The translations under genes were made by a program, and so were the position numbers. The notes under the pieces were generated by a model. It saw only the letters and a list, made by a program, of their open reading frames with translations. It did not search any database and had not been told where the DNA came from. A DNA stretch of 62,832 bases, the filler included, from Choristocarpus tenellus KU-1152 (lineage: Eukaryota; Protista; Phaeophyceae), in NCBI GenBank assembly GCA_964200185.2. It is 8 parts of 8 records of this genome, joined end to end, with 100 filler letters (N's around TTAATTAATTAA, not from the genome) between each part and the next. Parts side by side here need not be neighbours in the genome. Positions count along the whole stretch, not along the records: positions 22,299 to 28,469 come from CAXNAD020008768.1; positions 28,570 to 31,427 come from CAXNAD020024156.1; positions 31,528 to 35,181 come from CAXNAD020018701.1; positions 35,282 to 55,500 come from CAXNAD020000411.1; 4 more parts are not named here. One strand, given 5' to 3'. The stretch's first letter is position 1. The number at the start of each line of letters is the position of its first letter. Of the stretch, positions 28,398-42,100 are shown one piece after another.

Positions 28398-28469
28398 GGC
28401 CCAAAGTATCTGGGGGGGGGGGGGAATCTACACCAGGGGGTCCATTTGGGGCAAAACCGGGAAAAGTGC
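28398..28469 (+). mobile_element. MITE family C fragment at contig end
   Basis: GGCCCAAAGTATCTG(n)...TCTACACCAGGG...TCCATTTGGG. Confidence 0.75.
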
Positions 28470-28569
28470 NNNNNNNNNNNNNNNNNNNNNNNNNNNNNNN
28501 NNNNNNNNNNNNNTTAATTAATTAANNNNNNNNNNNNNNNNNNNNNNNNNNNNNNNNNNNNNNNNNNNN

Positions 28570-28690
28570 TTTCCAGTCACCCCCACATCTGATGACCAAC
28601 CAGGGCGAACCCCCTTCGCCCCTTATTTCCAGTCACCCCCCCTATCCGATGACCAACCAGTGCGACCCCCTTCGCCACTGATTTCCGGTC
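28570..28690. repeat. About 57-bp tandem repeat, 2+ units
   Basis: TTTCCAGTCACCCCC...GATGACCAACCAG...CCCCTTCGCC occurs twice, plus the start of a third unit. Confidence 0.8.
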
Positions 28691-29297
28691 TCTACCACCC
28701 CTTTCAACCCCACTCAACCCCACCCCACTTACCACTCCACCATACCATTCCACAACACTCAACACCACTCCACAATCATCCAAGAATCCCCCTTCATCAT
28801 CCCCTCCATACCGTGCCTTTGAGCTAGAAGACATCTACCCCGCCCGAACTTGACCTCCCCTCCCACCCTGAGATCCAAGTCGGTCGTGAGCAAGCGACAG
28901 GGCGGGTGGGCGGGAAAGCTTGCTCGGGGGTCCTCTTGATCTAGCCTTCCTCGTCTTGTCCCCCAGCCTCAGGCTTCCTCATTCAGTTCAATACTGTTCA
29001 TTCCTTCTCCCCTTGTGCCTCCGTCTGCCACCTATTTTCTTAACCACTCAATCTTAACTATTCGTTCCCTCCTTAATACCTATATATTTCTTTACTGTCC
29101 CCTTCCTTGCCCTGTGCCCCCAACCAACCAGAATTCTTCCGCCCACAAAGCTCAAATTACTTCATAAACTTTCCCTTGTGAGGATGTGCCCCAACATGCA
29201 TAACTCAGATTAATCACAGGAACGACCATTGATTTGTGGGAAATTGATCTATACGACACAAATCGGATTTGGTTCTTGCGATGTGTCGACTGTTCTA

Positions 29298-29644
29298 CTC
29301 CCTCTGTCCCATAAGTCTATTCCTTTATGCATGTAACTCTTCGGGATGACCTTTGATTTCAAAACGGATTTTGCATTGGATTTTTTTTTTCATTTTTTGC
29401 GTTAGATTACCATTCCTTGCTTTCACTTAACGCCTTTAATCCACCAATTCAGTGCCTTCTTATAGCCTATCCTCACCTAACCTCTGTTCCATATTTTCAG
29501 AATAATTTCGGGATATATTTTTACAAGTAAACCTCATTTCACTTAACATGTTCCGAGGAATCCAGCACAAAAAACCGTTTTGATGTCGGAGATCATCCCG
29601 AAGAATTACACCCACAAAGGAACAGACTTACGGGGCAGAGGGAG
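29298..29644. mobile_element. Stowaway-like (Tc1/mariner) MITE
   Basis: TA|CTCCCTCTGTCCCATAAGTCT...AGACTTACGGGGCAGAGGGAG|CA; imperfect TIRs extend about 70 bp. Confidence 0.8.
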
Positions 29645-31341
29645 CAAAGAATGTAATTAGATCACCTTCATTTCCATTTCTCGTGCACTAATTTAGTCGT
29701 CAGTTGCCATTTACGACCATTGATGTCTTTACTTGGGTCTATATTTTATCTCGATATGTGGTCAGAGCCACTAACTAGTCTTGTTCCATGTGATATTTTG
29801 GGGACAGAAAGCGATGAAGATGAGTTAGGTACAATGAGCAAAATAGTCGTGTCTATATTCCTGCTTCTTGTACATATATGAGCCAAAGTAAACAAGAGGC
29901 ACCTGGGTCTTTATCGCTTTGCATTTTAATCCATTTTTTTTGTTTCAGTTCATCCATGTTTCTCTGGATGATGAAGTAGTAAGTTTGAGTTTGAGTTGAG
30001 AGTGTTTTCTCTATCGTTTGAGACTTGGACAGAATGCAGAAAACATCCTACATGCGTTCGAAAATAGGCGAATTTTGCACGAATTTGTTAGGATCCTTAA
30101 AATGCAACTCTGTTTGGGTACCTCTGCTTACTTTGACCCATTATCACTGCAGTATTTATTACTACCTTTACACTACTAGTCTGGGGTACTATCCCGACCT
30201 GTGGTCAGAGACAACACATTGCGCTACTTCTCATATTATCAAGAACTAACTGCAACCAATGGTTTCACCACAACTAACTGTACTGCCTCCGTTCATGCCT
30301 TGACCCTCAAGCGTTGGATTCTGCCATCTCCCTGCTTGTCAAACTTAGCTTCCTCCTCCCTTGGATCTTGTGCTGGACCTGCCTCAGCGTTTCTCCTAGA
30401 AAAAGCCTTCCCACATCCTTGGTCTTGATCCGACGTTATATCGAATAGCAACAGAGAGATAGGTATACAATCTGTCGTGGTTGCAGCATTCACTGCAGAA
30501 GATGACCAAAATCAGGTACCAGAAAATAAAAAGAAGGCTGGTCACGATTAGGTTTAAGTCCAGGAGCTTCATGCGGGAATCTGCTACCACAATCACTGAG
30601 CAACGAGGACGCTCGAGCAGATGCACTTCTCACTTGTGATCATATCTTGTATGTTGTGCTAGGTTGATATCACTCTGTGGGGGTGCGGCTAAAGAAGTAT
30701 ACAATAATGCGCGATTCATCATTGTTGTGTTCATCATCATGCAGGATACCTGCGGTGTATACCATTGGTACCCTAAAATTTCAAATTGCTAAAGTGGTCA
30801 GGAGATATCAAGTAGGTCATCTACCTGCGATGCATCACATATATCTGGTGGAACACAAACTAACAAATCAGCCCTGCCCAACAGTTGTTGCACAACAAGC
30901 TGTTGCTCGCAGTCCAAAAAGGGTCTGATCAAGAAAATAAGGAAGGGAGGTCATACCAGTCACCCCTTGCTTCACACAAATAATGTAGCTACCTTGACTT
31001 AGAGAAAACCTTCGTTTTTACAATGTTCATAGTGTGATCTTACAACACATATGTGATTAAGAAAGAGTCTGAACAAAGGTGCAAGAAATTGTGCGTTGAC
31101 TAGTTGGTGCTATTACCTCACTATTTTTCCATTTTTACACGATCACTACTTTTTGAAAGAGAGAGGCTAACGATCAGCATTACATGGGGGACCATGTGGA
31201 CAACATTGAATCTGTGAAGGGTATGTAACAGTATTGGCAAGGCAGATGGTCCTCCATCATGATGCCCAGAACAGAGGAAGTAATGGAGTCATAATGGCAC
31301 TTTGGTATTGACTAGAATGCTCTTAGATAACTGAGTATCTT

Positions 31342-31427
31342 GAGCCCAAAGGTATCTGTGGGGGGAGGGGTCTACACCAGGGTGTCCATTTGGGTCAAAA
31401 TCAGGAAAAGTGAATTTACATTATCCA
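31342..31427 (+). mobile_element. MITE family C fragment at contig end
   Basis: Same terminal and subterminal motif as 28398-28469. Confidence 0.75.
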
Positions 31428-31578
31428 NNNNNNNNNNNNNNNNNNNNNNNNNNNNNNNNNNNNNNNNNNNNTTAATTAATTAANNNNNNNNNNNNNNNNN
31501 NNNNNNNNNNNNNNNNNNNNNNNNNNNTCTTCACCACCCTTGCCTGAGTGAACCACGCCGCCACAGAATCACACGATT

Positions 31579-31615
<37 letters not shown>

Positions 31616-32599
31616 CTATATCCTTTCACATTTTGTAGATGTGAGACATACAGTAGGAGATTAAATTGTTCTTCACATCTACAATATATGTAACCATATA
31701 CACACACACATATATATACTATTCCATATTCTTCACTTCAAGCTCTGACGAAATTTCTATACGGTCAACGGAAGAACTACCACACCGAACAAGAAGATTA
31801 CGTTGTATATCATGTGGTCTCTACTGACCTCCAAAGCACGAATGACTCTGTCGACTATGATCTCGTTCTGGGTTCACTGACCGGGCTTGATTTTTCCGCC
31901 AAGTAGATTTCCATCATCTGCCAATTTACTGTCGAAACCATGGATGTGTACTTGTCTGAAAGGAGAGTGAACAGTCCAGCGTGGAGCACGACCTTCGCCA
32001 AGGGGTGAACTCTTCCTTACATTTACATTTTGTTGCTTAACTTCTTCGAAGTACCAACTTTCACGATCTGGACGTTCAGCACCGAAGGAAGTGTATCTGA
32101 AAACGAGTTTGTCCATCATGCGTCAGGAGAGCAGAGAAGAAATTCCAGGCAATTGGGGAAAGGGGAAGGAGGGAGCAAAGAAGGAACGCCTTTGTAGGGA
32201 CTGTGAGGCATGCTCTTTGCCAATGATGAGGTATTATTTCAAGGGTAAAAGTAAGCTTAGCCGAGATAGTGGCAGTGATTGTTACGGTGTGAGGCATTAG
32301 GGTAAACTGTGTGCGAGAAGACGGAGGGCATGCATGTTCCTCCTGGTCCCAAATCTGGCAGTAGCCACGACAGATCGAAGCTGTAGGGCAGCAGTACCAC
32401 AAGGAGGATAACAAGTTTGCCTAGATCGGAGGTTCATTCGGCAACGATGATCCATAACCGAGATCCTCCTCCGAATGCAGCAGGCGTTCTGGCGCTTCAA
32501 AAGTTTGTTAAGAAATTCAACAGCTTTTGTGGTGGTACGAGGAAGAAGATTGCAGGTGAGAGGCGAAGTAATTGATAGGTGGGCAAGGTTGCATTATAA

Positions 32600-32805
32600 G
32601 GATCCCCCAAAATGGCGAAAATACGCCATTTGAACAATTACATAACGAGCTTTGCTGAACTGTGGTTTCACCTTGTGTGTGAAAATGGGAATATCCATAT
32701 ATTGTACACCATTAGTGCAATGAAATATGGTGCATTGCAAAGAGTAACAAATATTGTTCAAAATATAAAAGGGTCCAAACCTGTCCACCTGTTCATTACT
32801 TTGGC
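32600..32805 (+). repeat. Dispersed repeat family D, copy 2
   Basis: Collinear with 16525-16745. Confidence 0.7.
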
Positions 32806-35281
32806 TCTGAGGAAGGGCAGAATGACAAAGTTTTGTTGGAGAACAAACGGGAGTAGTGGAGGGAGGACGCAATAATATAACAAGAATGAAAAGTATATCC
32901 CATAGATGGGAGCTTGTCTCCAACATTTATTTGTAGACGTTTTTGACCTTAACCTGAGGTTGGAGGTGGGTGAAGAGGGGCACTCCTAAGTGAGGGCAAT
33001 TATCTATATCATCGGCTCCAACTACAAAATGTGCAACTACATGCCATGCACAGTGGACTTATCGATCTTACACATTGGTGCGAGAAATGGGTGGGTTGAC
33101 CAGCCCAGCTCTAACAACAGCATTCAGGGTCTCATGCATTGAAGGAGAGCGGTAGAAAGAGTCTCAAAGAGATAATGGAAAGGAAATTCAGGGAGACTTT
33201 TGACTGCCTGGGGTAGGCAAGGAATAAAAATATGATTATCCCACCATCAATTTCTCCACAAGTACGCTGCATTTTGTGACAAAGTAACTAGTACATTCAA
33301 TTTCTTCAGGTACTACAGAAACAGATGAACTGAGTTGGTATAATTTTTAAAGGATGGGGAGGACGAGTCCGTAACGATGAGAGGAAAACAAAGGAGCATG
33401 TGAATAGCAAACTGAAGACTGCTCTACACAGAAAGACGGATGTGTGTGGTGGGCTTCGAGCAGTATTAGGTTGAGTGGGAGAAGAGGGAATCCTAAAATA
33501 TTTTCGCCATACATACTTTGAAACACCTACCTAACAAACCTACACCTACACTACACAAACAAGGTGCTACCAGATGTGACGCCTACTGCCACTTACGTAA
33601 CGACTATCTCACCCTAATCCAACTTACTAAACTGCAATGTTCATGTAGAAGATACGAGTTCATGCTGATGCGGAACACAAGATTATCTCGACACTGTGTG
33701 AGGCACTTGCTTGCCCAAGCATTACCCAAAGAAAATATTTTTGATCGAGGTTAGTGGCAAATATCTTAGTCTATTCATAAGAGATATATATATCGGGAGC
33801 CTTTCTTCCATTAGTCTGATGTCTATCTACTCATACCACACAGTGGTGAAAGCTACTGACAACAAAGATATGCTTGCGGAGATAGTAATGATATTTGTAT
33901 ACGTATACTGGACCTAAATTTCATACAGACTAGTGAAGTGCAATACATACTACCTACTCAGGAACTTCTTCTCTCCAAGATTTACCGCCATGTATTTTGA
34001 GCCCTTAACAAGTCCATGAGACTTCATTTCTAAAGAGGGGGGTGTAGTTGAGTATTGGGGTCCCTGTGACTACCCCCTAGTACATATCTTAATTGGACTC
34101 TGAAGGTTAATTTCGCGTTTCATTTTGGGACGGACGTTCTTTCCTCCACACCCACAGCATCCAAACTAGTGAAGGTTAGCTGCACTTCAGGCTTGCGAAT
34201 GGGGTGTCACACAGTAGGTTTAACAAGCTGCCGATACTCAAAAGGGCCTAGATAGATAAGGGAATTGGAATAAAACTAGAGATGATTTGAGCTCTAAAAA
34301 AAGAAGGGAAGATAGCAAGCAAAGCTATACACAAGTTAATCCAGTCTACGAAGTACGTTGAAGTACTTGATGCCCGTAAATAAAATAAAATAAAAATAAA
34401 CCAGCCATGAACTACTTACAAACCAGCCACGAGAAGCACGCGCACGCGCACGCGCACGCGCATGTTTAATATGTTTATTATGTTATTATGTTTATTATGT
34501 TTATTATATATTATGTTGATTATAAATGAGAAACATGTATGAAATGTCCCAATGATGATGTTTATTATAAAAGAGAAGAATTTGCAGTCAACGCGGTTGA
34601 CCCTCGTGATTCTCCTTCCACACACAAAATAAAACAAAAAAAAGGGACAAAAACAAAAACAATAAGAATGAAGAAAAAATACCTTTCGAAACAAAGTGAA
34701 GTGTGATGGACACAGCCCCGAGAACAAAGATACCGCCAGACTCTAAAAGAAAAAAAACCCTGCTCAACTACAAAAAAAAAATCGATCATTTTTCGTTTCA
34801 AGTGCACTGTGCGTGTGTGGACTGCTGTTCTGATGGCAACCAGTAAGCACATCGTCCAGTAGCATGTAAGCATGCAACAAGCACAACTAACAATTCAAAG
34901 CCTCCAATTATACAATGTACAGTGGCAGTACCTGTGAACCGCTCCAAGAAGTAAGTACTCATGAGAAGTAAGAAGAATGCCTCTTCATTGACGGAAGAGT
35001 CACTGCTCATCATGTAAGAATATGAACACTGAGTCAACAACCTAACCTATCCACCCCCTATTCAGCCCACATGCATCCCATCACAATAGGATGAACATAA
35101 GAGAGGCGAGTAGTGGAAGGGAGCGGGGGGGGGGGGGGGGGCAATAAACACAGAAAACGGGCCCCCCTTTTTTTTTTAAAANNNNNNNNNNNNNNNNNNN
35201 NNNNNNNNNNNNNNNNNNNNNNNNNTTAATTAATTAANNNNNNNNNNNNNNNNNNNNNNNNNNNNNNNNNNNNNNNNNNNN

Positions 35282-35354
35282 TGTTCACTTCTCCTGGTCA
35301 GGGCCCGAATGGATACCCTGGTGTAGACACCCCCCCCCCCAGATACCTTGAGCC
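35282..35354 (-). mobile_element. MITE family C fragment at contig start
   Basis: Reverse complement of the same motif. Confidence 0.75.
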
Positions 35355-35543
35355 TGTATTATATCCTACCGGTTCCATAAAATATTTTCCGTGGTACGCT
35401 ATCAAGTACTTGTCCTGATTACTACTGTATGCAATGGTGAGAAAAAAAGAGAATATAACTGACAGGGGCGGAAATAGTTTCACTTGGAGAACAGTGTGCT
35501 AAGATCAAAAAGGTCATACAGCTGGAGAATAGTATTCGGATGA

Positions 35544-35804
35544 GAGTGAAAGTATCTTAGAGGGTACGAGATTTGCCCTGTTTGTCCGTTTGGGGCTTGA
35601 CTTCCCACAGGTTTTTGTATGGCATCTTACCTACTCCGAAATGTTTCGGAGTAGATCAAACGTTTACATTATGAAAAGGTGTGTCTGAAATAAGGATATT
35701 GACACTTCCTAACAAACATGATAGCCAAAAGTTACATCAAAATCGCAACATTGGATTTTGACCCTCAAACGGACTTGACTCTACCCTCTAAGATACTATG
35801 ACTC
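35544..35804 (-). mobile_element. MITE family A copy
   Basis: Inverted copy, GAGTGAAAGTATCTTAGAGGGTA...TACCCTCTAAGATACTATGACTC. Confidence 0.9.
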
Positions 35805-36179
35805 AGAGCTTCTCTTGAGCAAGCGCTATAGACTAGTGTTTGTTGGAAAGGAAGGATTTGGAAAAGTACCAATGTATGGAAGCTATTATTTTTCCTTACA
35901 GTTGTTACGCTACTGTGTCAACACTCCTGTGCGTATATTCTCTTATATAAGTGTTCCTTCTTGGATCGGAGAATGTTCTGCCATGCCAATCAAGAATAAT
36001 AACCAAACAACATGTATTTCACAGTATAGTTTGTTGGGTGTGATGGCAGTGACTGAGCTTCTTGTACCCTGTTTGCAGGATAGGGAAACAAACGTGTGTG
36101 GAGTCAGCAGGTGGTACCAGAAAATCTTGTAGCACCCTCTGTTCTGTTTAGATATTACCCAGGATTATATCACAAGTTT

Positions 36180-39100
36180 CTAATACCCACAACATCTCCT
36201 TGAGTCCCGACACCTTGGTGCTGCCCCCTCAACCACCTTGCCAGGACAAACATTGCATTCAATAGCACCCCCCACAGCATACGTTCCCTCTTCACAGGCC
36301 TTGGGCTCTGTTGTCCCCTCGGGGCAGGCCATTCCCTTAGGGCAGTAGCCGGAGCATGTGCTTTCGTGAAGGCCTCTTGTGGCCCCATACCTTCCGCCTG
36401 GGCAAGGATACCTCAAGCCGCCACTGCAGTAATGCCCAGGCTCACAAATTACCTAGGATTTGGATATTACCAGAGTTGCTTTAGGGACCACATTGACAAC
36501 TGTTGAACCTCATCTTCTTTTTCCCCTCTTTCCCACATGACAGGAAAATCACTGAACTGCTGCACTTTGTGTTTATCATTCATATACCTGCGACCTTACC
36601 TGGGCAACCCGAGTCGTGTTGCTGACACCTCCGACTGTGAAATAGCCAGCGTCCACAGGAGTAGGGCCTGCACTTCTGGTCGGGCAAAAAAAATCCTCCC
36701 CACCGCATTCATTCTCGTCTGCATTGAGGCTGGGATCAGCAGGATAGCTTGGGCAGAAGTATCCAGCCTGAATTGCACGTTGAAGAGCGAGAATGATCAC
36801 ATATATATACTCAGTACCTCAGCATATATTATGACTAGTAAGGGAGATGAAAATGTGGATACTCAATATAGCCGTGCTATATGAAGAGAATGGTTCAAGT
36901 TGCTATCGTGAAACCTTGGGACGGCAAGGAGGCCAAACTTTGTAATGAAGCTCCAGGTGAATCATGGCTTTGACTGCGAATCTACCGAGATTTCGAATGC
37001 AACTGCTCCTTATGAATGAGGAACAATACGCAGGGTAACCTTAAGAAAATTGCAAGATAATGTAAAGAGCAAGTTGGGCAAAGGTTATGGCACATCATCT
37101 TCAAGATGTAGTATGTACTTTAAAGTATTTTGGAAAAGGTATCCAAGCATAAGGTGTTGCAAAAAAGTACTCACCTTGCAGGGAAGGCACTGATCCTGTG
37201 ATAGGATCCCATACTCCCATTGAAATGTCCCTTCATCACACTGAAACTTCATGCCCCCGTTGCAATAATGGCCTGGTTCACACAGAACCTGTCCACTATG
37301 TGTCATGTTCAGAGTGTCCAGTGCGGCCTGCCCACAGGCAAGGGAAGGTGTGTAGTGGACGAATTGTAATGGCATAAGAATAATATTAGTATAGAAAATA
37401 GCAGGAAGCCTAAGAACAATTCTTCAGTATAAATAATATACAGTAGTAGTGAACATACTTAATTTATAGTTAAGTTACTTGTGATTACATTGAGCAGCGT
37501 GTCTCTTGCAAGTCCCCTGCTGGTCTTGGTATCACTGAGTGAGCCATTCGCCTCAACAAACTGAGGGGCGGCAGTAGTGCTCCACTATTCTTATTGCTCC
37601 ACATGCCTACATACCAGCGGAACATCTAGGAATGATTGCGGGAGCAATACCTCACAATGTTCAGTATCGTAGCACTTGGTGGTGACAAAGTAGTGGATGA
37701 ATATGAGATCTACGAACACATGCAGCTCTGGACCATACGTATGTTTCATGACTTGATGTCAAGACCAGGAACAATGGTCTAGGTTGGAAATGTGCCAAGA
37801 TAGTGCACTACTCTGACATCGAATTCTTATTCACATAAACTACCAATAGCTGACACGCTTGGTCCAGTTGATTGCCGAGGACAACTGCTATTGGGATCTC
37901 TCCAAATCATACATTCTTCCCCCTTGTTCCAACCCAATATGCGTATGAAAGAGACAACCTCTAGGCCTCAAACTTACTTTCAGTCCTGCTTCTGGTCCTG
38001 TGTGTAAGCCATAGAAGCCTTCCAGTACTGCTGTTGGTGCGCCTGATCCCTCTGGGCAATACATTCCTACCCCTCCACACTTATGTGCTGTGGACGAAGT
38101 GCTCCCTTCTGGGCAATAGTATCCGGCAGCACATGGACCAGAGCAGGCCTCCGAGTCCAATCCCTCCTTTAATTGAGTGTTGAATGATGTGCCAAATACG
38201 ATTGGAAGTTCTGTTTATGCCATGTGTGGCAGCTGCTTCTATATATTGGACTTCCAGTGTGAAAGAGAAAACATGGAGGCCTGTGCATCGCCTTTTCTTG
38301 TTCAAGGATTTAGGGAATGGGGCAGAGTACTGATTTCCTTCCTCGATTGACATTTCAATATCCACAATGAAATACAGATACCTACCTCTCGAAGTGATAA
38401 ACTAGGTCAGCCGAGCTATTTTTCAGCCTCACCCTCCCTTAACTGACTACTCTTGCTTCTAGTAGTAGCTTTCTTGTTTCTATGCTTCAGCTGGCTCATT
38501 GACCCCGAATCTCATTTCTCCCTCTTACCACCTTTCTACCTACTCATTAAAATGTAGTCTTTTCAATCACCTCCATAGCATATGTCCCAGCTGGGCATTT
38601 GTATCGTTGACCATCTCCAGGACAGAAGAACCCCTTAGGACAGACGTGCCGGCTGGCCCTGAAAGCGCCCCCATGTTCTGTGGATAGGGATCCCAAATCC
38701 GGATTGAAATCTCCCGAGGTGAATGTCCCAGGACCTGCAAGTTGAGGTGCAGCACTTCCTCTTGGGCAGAACAGCGAAGGGGCTCCGCAAGGAATCTGTT
38801 GGGCAAAGACTAGTATTGTTGGTGAAACCTAAGGGTTAATTTTATCAGAGCTACAGAGTATGGATAACGTACTTGTTATGTATTTTTGTTGTGGATTGTT
38901 TTTTCAAATCTGCCCGAGTAAAACAGCACAGGGCCTGATAGAAGTAGTAGGATTAGTGAAATCGCACAACTTGTAAGATACGCGATGATTTTGAAGAACA
39001 TGAAGGCGGAGGCTTTCTGTTGCCTTGATTAGTTTCTATCATTCAACCTTCTTATACAGGAACAAAGAACTTGCCTGTCTTTCCCTTTGTCCTTCTATCC

Positions 39101-42100
39101 AAGGGTCTATTTATTGTGCCCAGTATTGTTTTTCTGACTCGAACTCTGGAGTAGTAATGAGGTATGTTGCAAAACAAGAAATCAAAGAAATTTGGAGAGT
39201 GTCGGCGAATATGAGCCTGGGAGAAAATTTAAAGTTTTTCAGAAAATTCTCTTCTAGATTGTTAGTTTTCAGCATGTGTTGGCAACTTTCCATCCAAATA
39301 TAACAAATGAAATAGTCCCGGTACTAGTACTTTGGATGTGGCTAGTGTCATGATTGGTATACAGATAGTTTGTTACCTCTCGTCTTGGTACGAATGATAT
39401 TGCCAATGCCAGGAGATACTAAGAATCATGTATCATATCATGAGGAATGGATCACAACACAGATTGTGAGTGTCATGTCAACTGCAGCAACTGTGTCTAC
39501 CTCAACTGCCTGCATTTTTATCCATTTACAGTCCCGAACCTAAGAGATGTTCTATATATATGTTGCTTCCTTTGCACGAGGGAGCTACACGCTGTTGAAG
39601 AAGTGGTACAGGCATGGGTTCTATGAGGATAGTACATGAGCTACCTATGCAGAAGTTAGAGCTTCGTGTAGAAGTAAGGCTGTGAATATTTTGCTCGAGC
39701 AACTGTGCAACTCAGGCAGAACATCTTGGCATTCTACTATTGAGCTTCTTGGTTGCCAAAACTTACTGGTTTCAGCAACAAGACAACCATTTGCCAAAAT
39801 CCAACGCAAACGGTTCTTGGCAAGTCTCTTAACTTGTGCAGTCTGCCCAAATGTACTACTCCATATCAAAAAAACAGTTTTTTCTTGATGCTCACCTGTG
39901 TTGCAGAAGTGCTCCCTTCTGGGCAATACCACCCTGCCCTGCACTCTCCGAAGCACAAAGGATTCTCTTCTTGGCTCTGCATTCCATACCGACCTGGAGG
40001 ACAGGGAAACCGGACACCTTCTAAACAGAAGAAACCTGGCTCGCACTTATATGGGTAAGACAGATTTCCAGCCGTATAATCCAGGGAGGGAGCCAAGAAT
40101 TAAAACGACCGGTTGGGGTCAGCTTAGGTTTTGGCGAAGGTGTGGTTGCTCTCTGGGCATTGAGGTGATCTTTCAAACTAGCGTCTCGATATCTTGGTGA
40201 ACAGAGAAGTCCATTTACGTATAGTAGTTGTTCTTGGCTGGGATGCTGCCATCCAGCCACAGCAAGGTCAGGAGGTGAACACGATCCATGTTGTACCCAT
40301 CTTCTTGGTGATACTGGAGGTTGTTTTTGTCACCCATCCATAGAGTCTCTCAGTGCGTATTATCATACCTAAGTCATTCTTTGTTAGAGGTTGCACCTCA
40401 CCTCATATTGGCGAAAGCGAGTGTATGTAGAAGCTGCAAGTGAGGCTTCAGCAGAGGGACTGAAGTCCTTTGTCACATTCTGGCATGTGCCCGAGGTAGT
40501 GTTGAAGAAAAGAGCAGTTATATCCATTGCCCCACCTGATACTCTTCTGCATACGCAGCTGTGGGTAGTGTTTGATAGGAGAGGAGGCATTCAGGGTCAG
40601 GACTACTCTATTGAATGAGATGGAGAGGAGTCAACAAGAAGCAGGTTTCATGTTGAGGGACTGAAAAAGGTTAAACACTGCGGAACCATCATGGTTGTCA
40701 ATCGTCTTTTCTTGTCAATTAAGTTATTACTGCTCTAAAGTAATACACTCAGTCCATCCTGTGAATTCTTAAATGCATTTATTGTACAATAATGTACTGA
40801 AGAGGTTAGAGAGTCAAGGCATACAGCAGTACATTGCAGAAAAAACGGGGTTCACCAAAGCTTAGCTCGAACACACCACCAAAGGCATTGCGGGGAAATT
40901 TTTGACATAAAGGAGAACCGCAAGGATGGTAGGGGATGACGAAGCAGACTGGCAAAAAAACAGAAGGGAGATCAAGGTGTCGAACATGAGAATGGTCTGG
41001 AGTGAACTGTTTGTCAGTGGAAAGGAAGCACTGCATGGGATAGAGTACTTCCTCCAGTTCTTTATTTCTTCTGCAATGAGGAAAATTATGTGATGCTTAC
41101 AACCGAGAGTGAGCAGACATGTGAAAAGGGTCCCTATAAACTCAGTCTGGCTTTAGAAAGGAAGGTTAAGGAAGGGCAGGACTTAGAGGCATATTATTGA
41201 ACCACTGATCGAGCTCTCTAAAGACTGATTCAACACCTACCTTGTTCGACCTTCAGTATCATCTGCTGTTGTCTCATCACACTGGCGACACAAGGCCACA
41301 TCATCCCCTGACTGTGCCTTGAATGTCCCATTCCGGCAAAGATGGCATGGAGCAAGAGGTATCGATGTCACTACAGCAGAGTAGTTGCCCCAGGTTTGAT
41401 CTGCAGGTGCCAACATAAGTGCAAGTGCTGTTGAATTATATTGTTTGCCTCCTAGCACCCCAGGCGCAGAATGGACTGTATAAATGACTCTGTACCTCTT
41501 TGTGTCTTAAAACACCACCTTTGTGATCCATTCTGAATCACCACAAAGGTATGATGACACTGACACAGGTGCACTGGACCTAATATTGGCGCATTCTTGC
41601 TCCTAGTTCTTAAATATGTTGACAATGGGTCACACCTCTGCTGTTTCTACCCGTAAAGTTCCTGAAATATCCTGGCGGGCACTCTTCCTCCTGAGGGGTG
41701 GTGGCAAAGCTGGAAGTGTAGAACCTGAGAATGAAAAGCGAGGCCGGTCAATCAAACATAGACTGAATCCATGCCATAACTATGCCTCTATCTACTGGTG
41801 CTAAGAATCACTACAAATGGAAACTGACTGCTTAGTCGATGACAAAAGCCACCTCTTGGCACATCCCCCTCCTCCTAACCTGTACCCTGCTGCATTTTAG
41901 TAATAGCATCACATTCGGATTTTTTTTGGTGGATTCAGTCTTGACTTCCCCACCATCTTCTGGTTTCAGTAAACATTCTGTTCTAACTTAAGCTCACCCA
42001 TTTTTGACCTTTTGTGGAGCTCCAGAACCAGCTGGGCAAATATAATTGGGGCCTCCACATGCCCTCTCAAGTGTGCTCACGCTCCTCGTAGGACAGAAAA

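Noticed and set aside
31874-32530. Kinase subdomain XI-like snippets (AWNFFSALLTHD, AVEFLNKLLKR)
   Set aside because: No other kinase motifs and no consistent exon structure.
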